Assembly (NCBI GenBank): GCA_018398765.1
Contig: JAHBMJ010000162.1
Span: forward strand, 1 to 54,181
Origin: Chromera velia
Taxonomy: Eukaryota
Direction of reading: 5' to 3'
DNA: 54,181 bases
Each line of letters opens with the position of its first letter. Within the stretch, counting starts at the first letter, position 1. A program made the translations under genes and the position numbers. Shown one piece after another: positions 25,701 through 38,824 of this stretch. Below the pieces are notes generated by a model that saw nothing but the letters and a program-made list of their open reading frames with translations, was not told the origin of the DNA and did not search any database.

Positions 25701-28700
25701 AACAAGGGGCCGGCATGGCACAGGAGAATTGAGAGAGAGAGAAAGAAAGAGCGTGACAGGGTGAAAACGGGCTGACGAGGAGAAAAGGGAAGCAGGTGAA
25801 AAGAAACGGAAATCTGAGACGATACAAATTACCATCAGCGGGTGTGCTGCTGAAGAACGAGCTCTACACGTCAATCCTCGATTACTGCCAGCGAGAAAAG
25901 GTCGGTCAGAAGTATGAAGAGATGATGCAAGAAGTCGAATACGGTACCAATCAATGCATTGCTTCATGGAGGTGAAAGTGGGGATTGACAGTTTCCGAGA
26001 ACAGAATAACCAGCATAACCCCCCTCCCTGCTTCCTGTGCTAACTAAGGGATCGAGAAGGACCGACATTGTACGAGGACTGCACAGACTGCAGAGCGAAT
26101 CAACAAAGCTCCAATTTCATGTACACCCCCTCCACCTCCCTGTCCCTGCAGCCCTCCCCTTGTTCTCGATGCGATTGCATCCGCCCCTCGTGATGCCTCT
26201 GCAAGACACTCTAAAACAAAACTGAACCCCCCATTCACTGCCTCCGGATCGGGGTCTGCTGCCGCCATGGCAACCCTCAGAGGGCCCAGACAGAGAATGG
26301 CTCTGTAACACACCAATGAAAGTCTGCAGGCAGGCAGAAGGACGCACAAGAAAGGAGAGGGGCTGAGGCTGTTATGCGCCTGAAAATAAAAAACTGATGT
26401 TACGCCCTGCATCTTCCTTCGTGTATCCCAACTCCGACGATACACCAAGAGGAAAGCAGGCGATAGCAGGACTCGCTCCCTCCCTTCCCTTTCTAAAGCT
26501 CACAGCACATGCAGAGGAAAGCATCGCCGCATCATATCGTCGTCTGGGGTCATTTCGGAACGTGGTGGGGAAATGTTTTGAATGAATGTCATTCTGACAG
26601 CTCCTGGCAGAAAACAAACAGCATTAAAAACGTTGGAATGAAAGGACTCAGTTGAATCAAGGGGACTTTCATGTCAATAAATATCAATCGAGGGGCCGAC
26701 CTCAAAGAATCTGCACCGTCGGCATATGCTGCCTGCGTTTTTGACACAAAAAGGGGGAAAGGCATAGAGATGCTGGCTGCTGCTTCTCATTGCTACTGAC
26801 TTTTCCATTTTGGTTTCTCCCCATCGTTCCCACCTTCTCATTCTAGGAAGGATTCACCCACTCAGTATCTGACAGGGACAGTAGTCTTGATCAAGTTCTG
26901 GTTCGGCCCTTCTCCTCTCTTTGTCCTCTCTTGGCATTTCCATCTACATATGTCGTCCCGTTACATACTCAAAGCTCAATCTCAAAGCCGATCAACAGTG
27001 GTGTTGGGTTACTTTTCTTACAGGCACTTCTCGTTTTGCAATCTGCTGCTGCATGGACAGGTCTAACGATTTCCTTCTTTCCTCTGGATTTGCACCACTT
27101 CAAATTTGCCCCCCCTCCCCCAATGCACATGCCATCAAACACAACTACAGAGAGAAGAAACCAAATCGACCAACCACGGATGCCGAAGCGCTGACATCCT
27201 CCATCAGAGAGGACCTCAACCACAAACGGCCTGCCACTGCTGCTGCGTCCGTCTGTGACGACGATGCCCCGCTGTCTCCCTGAGGAAGAGAAAAAGGACC
27301 ACAAAAACTCAACCCCGTCTGGTACGCAACCGTCGTCACAGCATGGTATCTGGAGGGAGGGGAAACAGGGGAGTCATGAGGAAACAGAGGAGTCTCAAAG
27401 GGTGACTCCATCATCAAGATTCCCTTTCAGGTGTTTCCGCAATTAGTTCAGGACCTTCAAAAAGGGGCAAATGTCGACACAGAGACGGTCTGTCACCAGA
27501 AGGGAGCAGACAAGCATGATACGGCTGCAGAACGAACATCTCAGACTGCAGAGATGTACAGAACAGACGCCCCGCGACTACGAACAGCTAGAGAATGCTT
27601 CCATGCCTCTTCCATTCTGCATCCAACACCCCATTCCCTTCTGTCTGCTTGTCATTCGGGTTTAAGTAACTGCTTTGTTCTTGACTCTTGTGTGTATGTT
27701 CATTCATATGCCTCTCTCTACTCACGCTGCCTCTCTCCGCCGCACAGCCTGAGTGCCGTCTCCAGAAAGGCCCACTGCCCCTCCGCCCTGCAGCACCGGC
27801 AGTTGGGGCCTCAGATTGGGCAGCCTCGAGAACTCTCCTCCGAGAAAAGCGGCGGTCTCGTTGGGACACAAGGCGGCGATAGACGTCAACAGAAACTCCG
27901 TCGCCGTCTGCACTCACTCACTCACTTACTCACTCACTCACTTACTCACTCGGGAACCATCGGCACAGATGCACGGGGAAAGGAGATCACGCAACAAATG
28001 TAGACACGGCTTTCTTTCAAGTGGAAATCAACATCAGGGACCAATACACATGCAGAAAGCAAAAGAGCATCAAGCGAAAAACATGCCTCTCGCGTCCTCA
28101 CAAAGCAGGCCCTGTCTTTTCACACCACTCTTCCTATATCCAAATGAATGAAACAGAGATGAATTCTGACTGACTGACTGACTGACTGACTGACTGCAGC
28201 AAAATTTTCGTTCCCCGCTTCATCTGTGGCCAGAAAGTCCATCGGGTCGTCGTTGATTTCCGTCAGCGTCCTGTCCCCCGTCCCCTCTAGGAAGATCCCG
28301 AAGACAGAGAAGTCCAATAGCTGTGTGCAGGAGGGGCCCGAGAGAACGGCACTGATCTGGGCCTTGTACTGCTGCCAGGCGGCCTCTACTGCAGAGATGA
28401 GGTGAAGGGGAATTTTAGAACAAGAACGCAATGTGAAGAAAAGTTTGAATTCTCTTGGACTTGTGCGGCAGCCAGGTCAAGTCTGCTGTAAAGAGCAGAA
28501 GGAAAGGGTGTGAGAAAAAGCGGAAGCGTGGCAGCGACGCTTTCAAAAAGACTTCGTCGAACGATTACATGCGAAACAAGAAAGACCTGCAGAGGCGAGA
28601 CCTTTATTCTTCATGCATGCACAGAAATTCTCTCCCTAATGGTCTTTCTTTCTCTGTCTTCGTCTTTTTCAGTGACTCTCGACAGGCGAAAGAAAACAAG

Positions 28701-31255
28701 CCCGCAATCACAGACAGACAGTCGTACAAGCGCCTCTCGACTTTATTGACAAGACGCACATTGACTCCTCGCTTACCGAAAACGATCAGTTTACTGCCGA
28801 TCCAACAAAATTTCAACGCCTTCAGTGACTAACTGACTGACACTCTGGAGACGGGAGCTCGAAGTACTCGTCTGCAGCTGGGGATGCGATGGCCGCGTTC
28901 ACAAACGTCAGGCCCTCCACCACCCAGCCGGACCCCTGCTCCCCCCCTGTGCTCTCCTGCTGCGCCCCTGACACCATCAGCCTGCAGTGCAGCTGTAACA
29001 GAGGCTCCAGCGAGCTGCTGGCTGTCAGGGGTGCAAGTTCCAGGGCTGCCAGGGGAATCTTCATCAGACTCTTGAACAGCCGGGATCTCTCGTCCCCCCC
29101 TCCTTGCTCTCCTTTTAATGGTGGACCTGCGAGAGCATGTGGAAACGGGAGAGCAGGGACCACACACGAAGACAAATCCACCACATAGACAAACAGGGCA
29201 AAAGCGCAACCTCAATTTTCTCAACGCATTTCCACAAATCAGCGTAAGGACCCAATTCTAGTCTTTCACCCCGCCTTCTTCAGGCACCAGCATTGATTGG
29301 ACTGTTCTGCCACCAGAGAGAGAGAGAGCTGAGTGAACACTGACCTGCATCTCCCCCCGCACCCCGAAAAAGCGCCGCCAGTGCTTCCGTAGTCTCCCCC
29401 ACCCTCTGTGAGCAGAACTCGAAGGCCTCCTTCTGAAACATCAGTTGCCCCAAACCCCCAGAGGCACAACCGAGTCCTGTGACCACCTGCCGAAGGCACT
29501 GGAGACACACGCAAAACAAGAAATGAAAAGTGGAGATGCAGAACTATAGAAAAGAGCGACCACGGGCATCTACAAGAGATAGAAAAGAAAGGAAACCAGA
29601 CTTTGATCCCGAACCTTTCCACAGAGGCAGACAAGACAGAGAGACTCATCGGAGGGTTGCTGCACGAGTGGAGGGAGCAGCATTGGACATCGACCCACGC
29701 ACCTTTGCTGCGTATATGCACAAGACAGCCACGTCCGCCCCCCCTCCACCGATCAGAGCCGCGATGCCATCACGCCACAGCCCAGAGACCTCCCCTGCGA
29801 GAACCCTCGACAGCTGCACTCACGCAGATGGACAGAGAGAAAACACATACAGAAAAAATGCCTAAACGGATAAGAAAGGGGCATGGAGAAAAGAACAGAC
29901 AGTAGGAAGCCTGAAAGGCAGCAATCCCAGAGGCTCTGTGTGTCTCCTCTCTGTTCCGTTTCCTTCATCAATATGCCATGCGGGTCTGCTGGATGGAACG
30001 TGGACGAGGAGACAAAAGCAAAAAAGGCAAACTGATCAGAAGTCAAACTAGAAAAAACTTCTTGCCGTCTGACTCAGAGGAAGTAGAGACACATGAGACT
30101 GCTGTCCAACGTCCTGTAAAGCAAACGCTAGCTGACCTCAAAAAGTTTTCGTTGAGAAGCAGCACACCGTGTCACAGGCATACCGCGCCCGCCCCCCCCG
30201 ACAGCTTTCGCAATTCGTGCACTTGTGCGCAGTCCTCCGCACGTCGCCTGTGCCCCTGCCGCTCTGCACTGCTGGAGGAGCCCCACCAGGTCGTTCCCCA
30301 GAGAGGGCCAACTCTCAGGAAAGTCCGCGCAGGCTGAAAGAAAAGACAAAAACAGAGAGAGCACGCAGCGAAGAGGAAAGGCCCTCCATTGAAAAAAGAG
30401 ATGATTGAATAATCCAGGTACGGAGGGAGGAGCAACCAGAACGACGTGACGAAACGGAAGGAACTTGACCGATCGAAGATTCAACAGAAGAAATGAATGG
30501 GAATCAGTCCGGCCTAGAGGGGGAAGGCACTCACCCACCAATAAGGCACAGGCACGTGTCAATCTGCACAGCGATCTGCAGGCAATGTTCAAGGGAGGCA
30601 AGCCGGGAGAGAGACAAATCCATACAATTAGGCCGAACACACTCATGCGATCACAGCAGAAAGAAACATATCAACAGGGAAACAGAAACACGAGAAGAGT
30701 GTCAGCCACACACAGGCAGACAAGCTGTCGACAGAGGCACACCAACCAAACTGGCAGACATACGAGATGGAACAGTAAACGGAAGGACAGACGATGACAG
30801 AGGGGGAGACGGACGTCGAGGAGACGGCATTAGTCGGTGGCGTATAGGCTTCAACCCTAGGAGATGCGACGAGTCGGGCCGAGTCGTCTGGCTTGCTAGC
30901 CTACCTGTGGGTGTTCGCATATCAGCGAGAAGAGCGCCTTTTTGAATCCATCTGCGTCTCTGAAGTATAGGATCCTGTTAGGATTCGTCCAAAACTTTCG
31001 GATTCTGTTCTTGACTGCCAAAGCGGCTGCCTGCTTGACTTGGAGAGCGTCTGGGGCCTGTGCCTCAGGTCCCCCTTGGCTCATTACTCGGAGGACCTCC
31101 AGAAGCCACCCTGTGAGCTCGGGGTTCTCCTGCTGCTGGTCGAGGAGCGCCTCGTTCCGTGCGATCTCATCCTGGCTGTGGGCCTGGAAGGTGCCCCTCA
31201 GAAGACCCACAAGCTCGGGGAGGCTGAGAGAGGGGAACTGCGGTGTCGCCAACAT
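19968..31255 (-). CDS. Importin-beta family karyopherin, importin-11/Kap120-like (multi-exon; internal exons only partly resolved)
   Basis: Exon 1 encodes an IBN_N domain (VKQAAALAVKNRIRKFW); splicing through a ~37-nt exon near 30539-30575 gives HPQ-IAVQIDTCLCLIACADFPESWPSL; HEAT-like exons near 28195-28388 (EINDDPMDF) and 28845-29126; acidic stretch near 22280-22320; last exon 19968-20033 (ALLEERG..RATR*). Confidence 0.82.
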
Positions 31256-31934
31256 TGTGCACACACGCACACAGACACAAACTTCAGGGTCAGGAAGCTC
31301 GTGTCATCTGTTTCTCAGCAAGGCTTCTTTACGCAATGTACAGGACAGTACTGACACACCTGATTTTTGGTATATATGAATTTCTCGATCGACGTCGCCA
31401 CGCTTCTTTTAGTCCAAACACGGTTATCTGGCGCAGTGGGACCCGGCTCAGCTGCACCACACAATCTTGCATAGCAGCAGAGCAGGCGATAAGGCTGGCG
31501 AAGTGGGCAATATTCTTCTGAAGAAGTCAGAGACGGACAGAGTCATTGGAGAAAAGTTCGCTCAGTTGAGGAGACGGCGTCGCCCAGAAGAAGGCCGGCG
31601 CGGCGCCACACAATCGGCGGCGCTCATTCAGAGTGGCTATGAGTGGCTGGACAAAGAATCGGATTGGAAAATATAAATTGGAAAATGCTGGTTCTGTCCC
31701 TAACGGTTAACTTCACACTCTCAGACGACTCGATCTCTTGGATTGTTGGTGCTTCTCGAGAAAGGCGGCAGCGGTTCTGCGTGTGTGTGCATGACGCCAA
31801 AAGGACCAAGGTGTGTTGTTCAGACTGCTTGTCTTTCTCTTATTTTTCTTGCCGTCTCCGCCTGCAGCTTTCTTCAGGGGGGTGTCAAGAGCCGCTTTCT
31901 TTTGTGTCCCACGACTCGGAACAGTGTCGCCCTC
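31256..31934. promoter_or_regulatory. Probable bidirectional promoter (importin / Mut-7)
   Basis: ~680 bp between divergent start codons; GC/CpG-rich core GGCCGGCGCGGCGCC near 31593-31607. Confidence 0.5.
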
Positions 31935-32870
31935 ATGAGCACAGATCAGAATCTGAGTGAGCTGCGGGATGTGTGGGTGTCGCGAGATCTTGCTGTGATT
32001 CGAAAGGCGTTCGACGATGTCTATCACAGCATGCAGCAAGAGAAAGCTGACAAGAGCAGCTCCTCAAAAAGTAGGGATGTGAGGGTGCAGGTAGCGCTGC
32101 GACTTGCTCTCTGCCCGCCTTCCATCAAGGAGGCAGTCATAGATCACTTATTTAAATTCAACGAATTTAAGGCTGAGACTCTGTTGGCCAAAATTGCCCG
32201 ACAGTGTTTGCTTGAGAAAAAGGAGACGGGGGGGGATGAAGAGACGGGGCAGTTTGTATCAGAGAAGGATGAAGGACATCTGCAGATTGTGGTGTCGAAC
32301 ATGCTCTCCTCGATCAGCTCTTGGGGTGATGAGATGCCCCGAATGGTCCAGGAGCATCTGGTGAGGGCTCTGGACGCCATGAGTGAATTCTTTGCTCCCC
32401 TGGTAGCTCGGAGGGTTTTCCTGACGGCGGCACTGGACGTCTCTGCGCGTCTTGAGGTCGGGTCTCTGGGGAGATTCGCCCGTGTGTTTGAGATTTCGGC
32501 AACCTTCCAGCGACCCTGGTTGGTTTCCAAATTTGTAGAGGCGTTGAAACAGAAAAGGTACGAGTCCGCACTGGAGCTGCTGATTGAATTCCGTCTCCTC
32601 CAGATTGAAGGAGACGGACAGGGAAGGAGAAGGGACGAAACAGGGGAAAGGGATTTTGTGACAAGTGAAGAGGCTTTGCGGGTAAGTAGAAGGTGGCAAA
32701 GGAAATGTTATGTTGTGTGTGGATGTAGACACACCAGAGCTTACAGGATGTGACTTGCTCCTTTCTTCTGTCCGTCGGGGCATTTCTCTCTTCATTGCCT
32801 TCAATCTTTCTTTTCTTGGCCCTTCTTTTCTTCAACTGTCCCCCCGGGCTCGGTGTTATCCTCACGCATG

Positions 32871-32964
<94 letters not shown>

Positions 32965-35900
32965 TCCCTCTATCTGTCTGTCCGTCCCTGTCTCTGTCTA
33001 TTTCTGTGTCTCTCTCACTCGCTCCCTCGCTCTCTTCCCCGCTCCCCCCGTGTGTGCCTGTGTCTGTGCCTGTGTCTGTGTCTGTGTGTTTGCCTCACCC
33101 CCTATCCCTTGATCCTCCCCCCAGTTTTAAAGGCAACGTCCCGTCGCTTCAAGTGCAGCATGTCGTTTTTACTCCTGCCCCTGCTCTTTGGGTATTCCAT
33201 TTCCTCTTTAGAATTTTCCCATCGTTTCTCCCCCCTCTTCTGTCTCTGCTTGTCATCTTCGATCGTCTGTTGATGCAGACTCTTCGCCTGGTGGGTTGGC
33301 AGAAGGCTGCAGCTGCCGTGGAGTCCTCCAAGTACACCTCCCTACTCCGTCTGGTTGTCCTCCTCTGCATCGAGGAGAGGGCCCTGGGGATGGCAGAGAA
33401 GGTCGCCAAGAGAGCAGGTCTGGATGTCGACGCAGAGTTCCCCCAAATCGCCCAGTCGCAGGAGACAAAGGCGGCCAAGTGGATCTTCATGTCCAACGAG
33501 AAAGACCTCAAAGTCAGCCAGCAGAACGAACTAACGGATGGATGAAAAAAAAAAACACGATGCCGACCTTCAACAAAACGATTTTTCGTTGGGTCTCCTG
33601 TCTGTCTCCCGTGCACAGCCTAGCTTCCTTGCGGACCTGCTGAGTCATTTATCCGTGTCTACACATCGTTAATACGGATCTACCTAACTCTTGTTTAGTT
33701 CCCTCGTGCCTTCTTGTATCGATAGGCATGGTTGTACGCACCACAGATTGATCTGCTCGTACGGTTGTTTTCGTCTGTCTGCAGGCGGGTCTCGACCTCG
33801 TGTGGGGTGACTGGAGGATGATGGCGGCGTTCGGCTGCGTGTGTGCGGACAGACGCCGCTTTGCTGAGGCAGTACAGATCCTTGAGAGTCTCCCTCAGGA
33901 GAACGCCCTCCCTCCGTCCCTCGGGAGGGCCGATCTAAACGCTATAGCCCGGTTTCGAAAGCGAGAAACCGAGATACGGACTGGGTTTGCACACGAATCT
34001 AGAGACAGGGCGGGGGGGGGAAGACGGGGGTTTGGGTCGATGGAAAGGAGGCGAGAGAAGGAGATGAGATATTCCAAAAATACAGGGACAGCAGAGTTTC
34101 TGACTCTGCGTGAGAGCATGCACTGGAAGTGGGAGGATTCTATGCCTGAGGGTGTGGAGTGGGTGGCGTCTCTCTCTGCCCTAGAGAAGACAGTAGAGTA
34201 CCTGGAAACTCTTCCGAGAGGGTCCCTTGTTGGCGTCGATGCAGAGTGGCGGCCTTCCCTGCTGCCTGGACGCACCCCCCACGTTGCGTTGCTTCAACTG
34301 GCTGCCCTGACGAGAGAACAGGTGGACCTTGTGGGAGAGAATCTTGTCACGCACAGCTTGCCTCTCTCAGCAGAGGCGCTTGCACAGCTTCCCCGCCCTC
34401 GTGTGTTTCTTGTCGATCTCTTCTCTCTCTCCGACAGGTTTCTGAGTGTCCCCGAAACTCACACTGTGGACGAACTCCTGGCTCGCCTGCTGACCTCCCG
34501 ATGGCCCACCAAGGTGGGGGTCGCCTTCTTCTCGGGCGACTGGGCGAATATCCAGAAGAGAAATCGCGCAGTGCTCACGCAGAAGGCCCCAGCAGTGCAG
34601 CTAGACGCCGTCAAGCTTGCTCAAAAGGCTGCACAGAAGGTAGAGGGGGGAATGACGCACGCACATTCGGCTTCTTCTAGGCAGGAAGCGGTCAGAGAGG
34701 GGGGGCAGGACGGGTGTGAAGTGAATTCAGCTGAAATCGCAGAAGATCCTTCCACCCAACAAAATGTGCAGAATAGTCAGAATCAGACCAGTTCTGTAAC
34801 AGGCCTGTCTTCGATTGCGTCTCTGTTTCTTGGTCTTTGCCTTGATAAATCCAGCGCTGTCGGTAATTGGGAACTGCGTCCGTTGAGACCCCAACAGGTC
34901 GAGTACGCTGTTCTGGATGCAGTGACCACAGTGGTGGGTGCCGCAGCTGCCCTCGGGGTGCTTTGTGCAGGTCTGAGAAGAACAACAAGGAATGAGGAGG
35001 GGGGGGAGGGAGAGGTTCTGGAGTCATCGTTGTCGATTGGGTCTCCTCCTCCCTCCACGTCGCCAGAGGTTGTGGGGACTGTGTGGGGGGATGAGGAAGA
35101 GTTCCCGAATCGAAAGGGGGGCATGGGTGAGGGACCTGAAGGTGGTTGTTGGGTTGGTGGTCGGGGGGTGGGCTTGGGGTCGAGAGGGGAGGGGGAGGGA
35201 GAGGGGGAGGCGGGCGGTCCTGAGGCTTCGAAGAGGAAGAGTAAAAACAAAAAGAAGAAGAAGAAAAAGAAAGAGGAAGAACCGAAAAAGAGCGAAGAGG
35301 GCGCTGACCCTGGGTCAAAAAAAGAAGACACAGAGAGAGCAGAGAGGGCTCAAAATTGGAAGAAAGTGGAGGGGGAGAAAAAAAAGGAGGAGACAGACAG
35401 AAAATCCGCCGGGGAAGAAAACACCTCTGAGGAAGAGACAGAATCTTTGCAGAAATCCCAGTCAGAAGGGAGTTCAAAGCGCACACAAGACGTGACGATT
35501 ACCGACAAGGATGTACAGAGGTGGGTTGAATATCGTCGGAAGGGGGGGGTGGGGAGCGTACCCCAATGGCGGTTTGTGGTACCCGAGCAGTTGAGTAAAG
35601 TTGCCAGAAAGCTCCGGGGTTTGAATGTCGACACGAAGTTGGTGTCATCTCAACGTCGTGTGTTGGAGGAGACGGCTGATAAGGAAGGGAGGGTGGTGAT
35701 CACGAATGAGCGGGTGGAGAGACGGGGTGCTTTCAACAGTCCCTGTCAAGTGGTAGGGGGCAGATCGGTGGAGGAGACGGTGAGACAGATCCTGAAGGCC
35801 TTCAGCATCAACCCAGAGGAGGAGGGGCTCTGTGGACGGTCGGTGCATGGGCGTGAGCGTTTGGATGCATGGAGACAGGCGGAAAAAACGATGAGTTCAT

Positions 35901-36572
35901 GCTTCATACATGGACAGCGAGATAGCTCAGTCACTCTGATCTAGTGTTTATGTAGTGATCTGTGTCTTCGCCTCAGCTCTATCTGTGTGAATGACTTCTT
36001 TTCTGCAATGTCCGGCATCGGATTTGATCGCCCTCTGCTGGCAGCATCCATGCATGCCAATGCAAAGATCGATAGTCATCTGCTGCGTCGCTCAATCGGT
36101 TTTCTTTGCCATGCTGTCACAAAACAGCGGCTCCCAAAACCACCGCGTTCACGCTCATGTTTGCTGAATTTCTTCTCCCGGGAGCATTATGAAGCGGTCT
36201 ATCGACCTGATTGCCCGCTTTTGCTTGTTTCGTTTTTTTGTTCTGCATTTGTCTACACTTTTTTTTTGTCCTTCTAAGCAAACCGTCCAGACGCACCTTG
36301 ACACCCGCATTTGCATTACAAAATTAATGGATTGCACGAAACATCCTTCGAAAACCCGTCCATGCATGTCTGTGTGCAGCTGTCCGCAATGCAATGCACA
36401 GGACTGGCAGCTTGCAGAGAAGGCTTCTTTGAAAGGTGTGGTGAAGGAGGGGACCCTGGAGAAACACGACGAATTCTGGCGCTGCGGGGGATGTGGGAAG
36501 GTGTTCTGGGAGGGAAAGATGATGGAGATGGCTATCAATCATTTTAAGACCGAATTCATCTCTCAAACTTGA
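31935..36572 (+). CDS. EXD3: Mut-7/EXD3 (Nibbler-like) DEDDy 3'-5' exonuclease with C-terminal Mut7-C domain; exons 31935-32681, 33279-33512, 33785-35838, 36380-36572
   Basis: ExoI VGVDAEWRP, LLQLA, ExoII FFSGD, ExoIII LDK..NWELRPLRPQQVEYAVLDA; Mut7-C LSKVARKLRGLNVD..EGRVVITNE and zinc ribbon RCPQCN..FWRCGGCGKVFWEG; all three GT-AG junctions keep the frame. Confidence 0.92.
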
Positions 36573-37812
36573 AAATCCTGCTGCAAATGGTAATGGGTGA
36601 CTGGGTGGTAGCCTGATTTTGTTTATACAGAAGCCAAAAACGTTTGATTTCGTTGCTAGTTACGTCGATCGTCAGATGGACCTGCTGATACGGTCGTTTT
36701 GCATACATTGGGGGAAAAAAAGATGTTTAAGGATTCTAAGAAGGAACATGCAAAGCTGAAGTTATGAAAAAAAAAATAATCAACGTATAATGATTTCTGT
36801 TTAAGACAGCGAGAAGCCTATAGTCTAGAGCGTTTAAGTTCTATAAACTGAATGCATCTAGGAATGCATGACAGTTGGCGAAATGTTATGCAGTTGACAA
36901 ATAAGTGTGCTAGTGAGACTCAAATCTAGCCTCAGAGAATTTATTCTAAAATCTAGTTATTAGATCCAAGTAAATAAAAATATAGTCATCATCATCATCA
37001 TTATACACCATTATTATTATCATTAATCGGTCTATAGGCCATCATGCAATGCATGAGTCTAGGACAATGCTTTATTGCCCCTTTGCCAGACCTGTATCAT
37101 ACAACGGGAGGGGGCTTCATTCTCGCAACTCTAAACACCCTGCATCTAGAAGATGCTTTCTCATCGCCATCGGCCTATAAATAGGCATCTAGCGTTCGGC
37201 GGCAATGCACGATCGAGGCAGGTCGTATATAGCATCATTATAGTAATTAGTTTTATGGGGGTGGAAGACATTTAATCTCTGTTCTTACCAGTTCAGCTTC
37301 GTTTTACAATTAATTTACTATAACAAGTCTCTACTCTCCTTAAACAATATGCAACAATGCAATACATGCTACTAGACCTAGTACTAGATGTGCAATACAT
37401 TGTAACACACGGCTACACTCTAGTTCTATGGCTGCGTCTGCTAGGCTCTGCACTACATTAAAAAAAAATAAAAGAAGAGAAAAAGTTTTTTTTTAAAGGA
37501 TTTTTTTTTTATTTATCATAGCATTCAATATAAACAAACAACTGTTGTTCAAGTATAAGTGTTGTAAGAGTGTTGCACGGGGTATTGCATTGAAAACCAT
37601 ATGCTTTTCAGTTGATAAAAAAAAATAATAATAAAAGATTGGAAACTTTCTTTTTTTTTCTTTTTTCTTTTTTTTAATGGAGTGCAGAGCCTAGTACGTC
37701 TGTCGTTTAATTTTTTATGAGTTATACCTTATATTTTTTATAAGTGCATAACTAGGTGTACAACAAACTGCCCCTTCGCCCTCTCCATCCCTTTGGTGCC
37801 CTTTGCTACCTC

Positions 37813-38725
37813 TGATAAGTGATAAGTGATAAGTGATTTAGTAGTGTGCTAGAGTACTGTGGCTGTTTTGTCTTATAGAGGTCGCCTCCGCTGGCTGGCT
37901 GCTCTAAGATAGGAAAGCTACAGTCAGACCTTACTGTATGGCTGTCATTGACTCATTGGCTGAACCCATTTCTTACTGGGCCGGGCTGCCAGTGCCATCT
38001 TCTTGAAAAACGTGGTCGCCTCTTCTTCTAGCTCTTCCTCCATTGTCTCGTCCACTCCGCTGACCAGTACAGTAAAATCGTATCTTTAGATCCCCCGCTG
38101 CCCCTGAGGCTCGGTGCTTCTTTTTTTTTTCTTCACAGCTGCTATTACGAGCGTTTGAATTCATACGGGTTTCAAACGGGGTTCAAGTTTACATTTTGAC
38201 TCTGAGTCAGTGGCTCCTGCTGCTGCTGCTGCTGCTGTGGCTGCCGCTGGAGGGCCTTCACTTGAGGAGGTGCTGTTCCGAGAGGCTGCGGTCAGGTTTA
38301 TTACCGGTCTTATACATCAAAAATCGCAAGCCTAGCTCTGCGGCGCATACGCCCCCCTTACTGCGAACTAGACTGCGAAGTCCCTCTTCAGAGCAGGGAA
38401 TCAGATTCCCTTCACCTCCCCTTCTCCAGCCTCTTCCTCCCTCTAGTCCTCCCTGATGATGGGTTCCTTTGTTATGACTGCCCCCATGGGGTATAGGCTT
38501 CCGCTGCGATGCTCGTCCAGGTCGTATTGACATCGTTATTATAATATCGCAGTATGACAAGCCCCTTCACCTGACAATTGAGAGCATGGTGCAGATTCTA
38601 AGTACCCCCGCATCCTTTGTACTGAGTCTTCTCCTAGGTCTTCTCCTCAGGCTCCCCTAGCTCCTCCCCCAGCCCGAGCTGGTATCGGATTGTCATCGCA
38701 TTCCTGAATTCGTCTGAGATTAAAT
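37813..38725 (-). mobile_element. 5'-truncated, degenerate CRE-like non-LTR retrotransposon (RLE domain + 3' tail), element 2
   Basis: Minus-strand translation across frameshifts: DEFRNAMTIRY, CKECGG..HHALNC, VITKEPII, VRGAY..FDV, EEKKKKH; ends in the shared module plus a (TCACTTA)n tail. Confidence 0.7.
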
Positions 38726-38824
38726 CTAGGGTCAGATACATGTGCACCTAGGTATAATTTTTAAAAAACAAACACAAAAATTTGATCATTTTAAAATTTA
38801 CTTTTTTGTTTTTTGTTTTTTTTT
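38706..38824 (+). repeat. Left copy of the ~119-bp direct repeat (candidate TSD)
   Basis: GAATTCGTCTG..CTAGGGTCAGAT..CATGTGCA..AAAAAACAAAC..TCATTTTAAAATT..poly-T, repeated at 43477. Confidence 0.85.
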
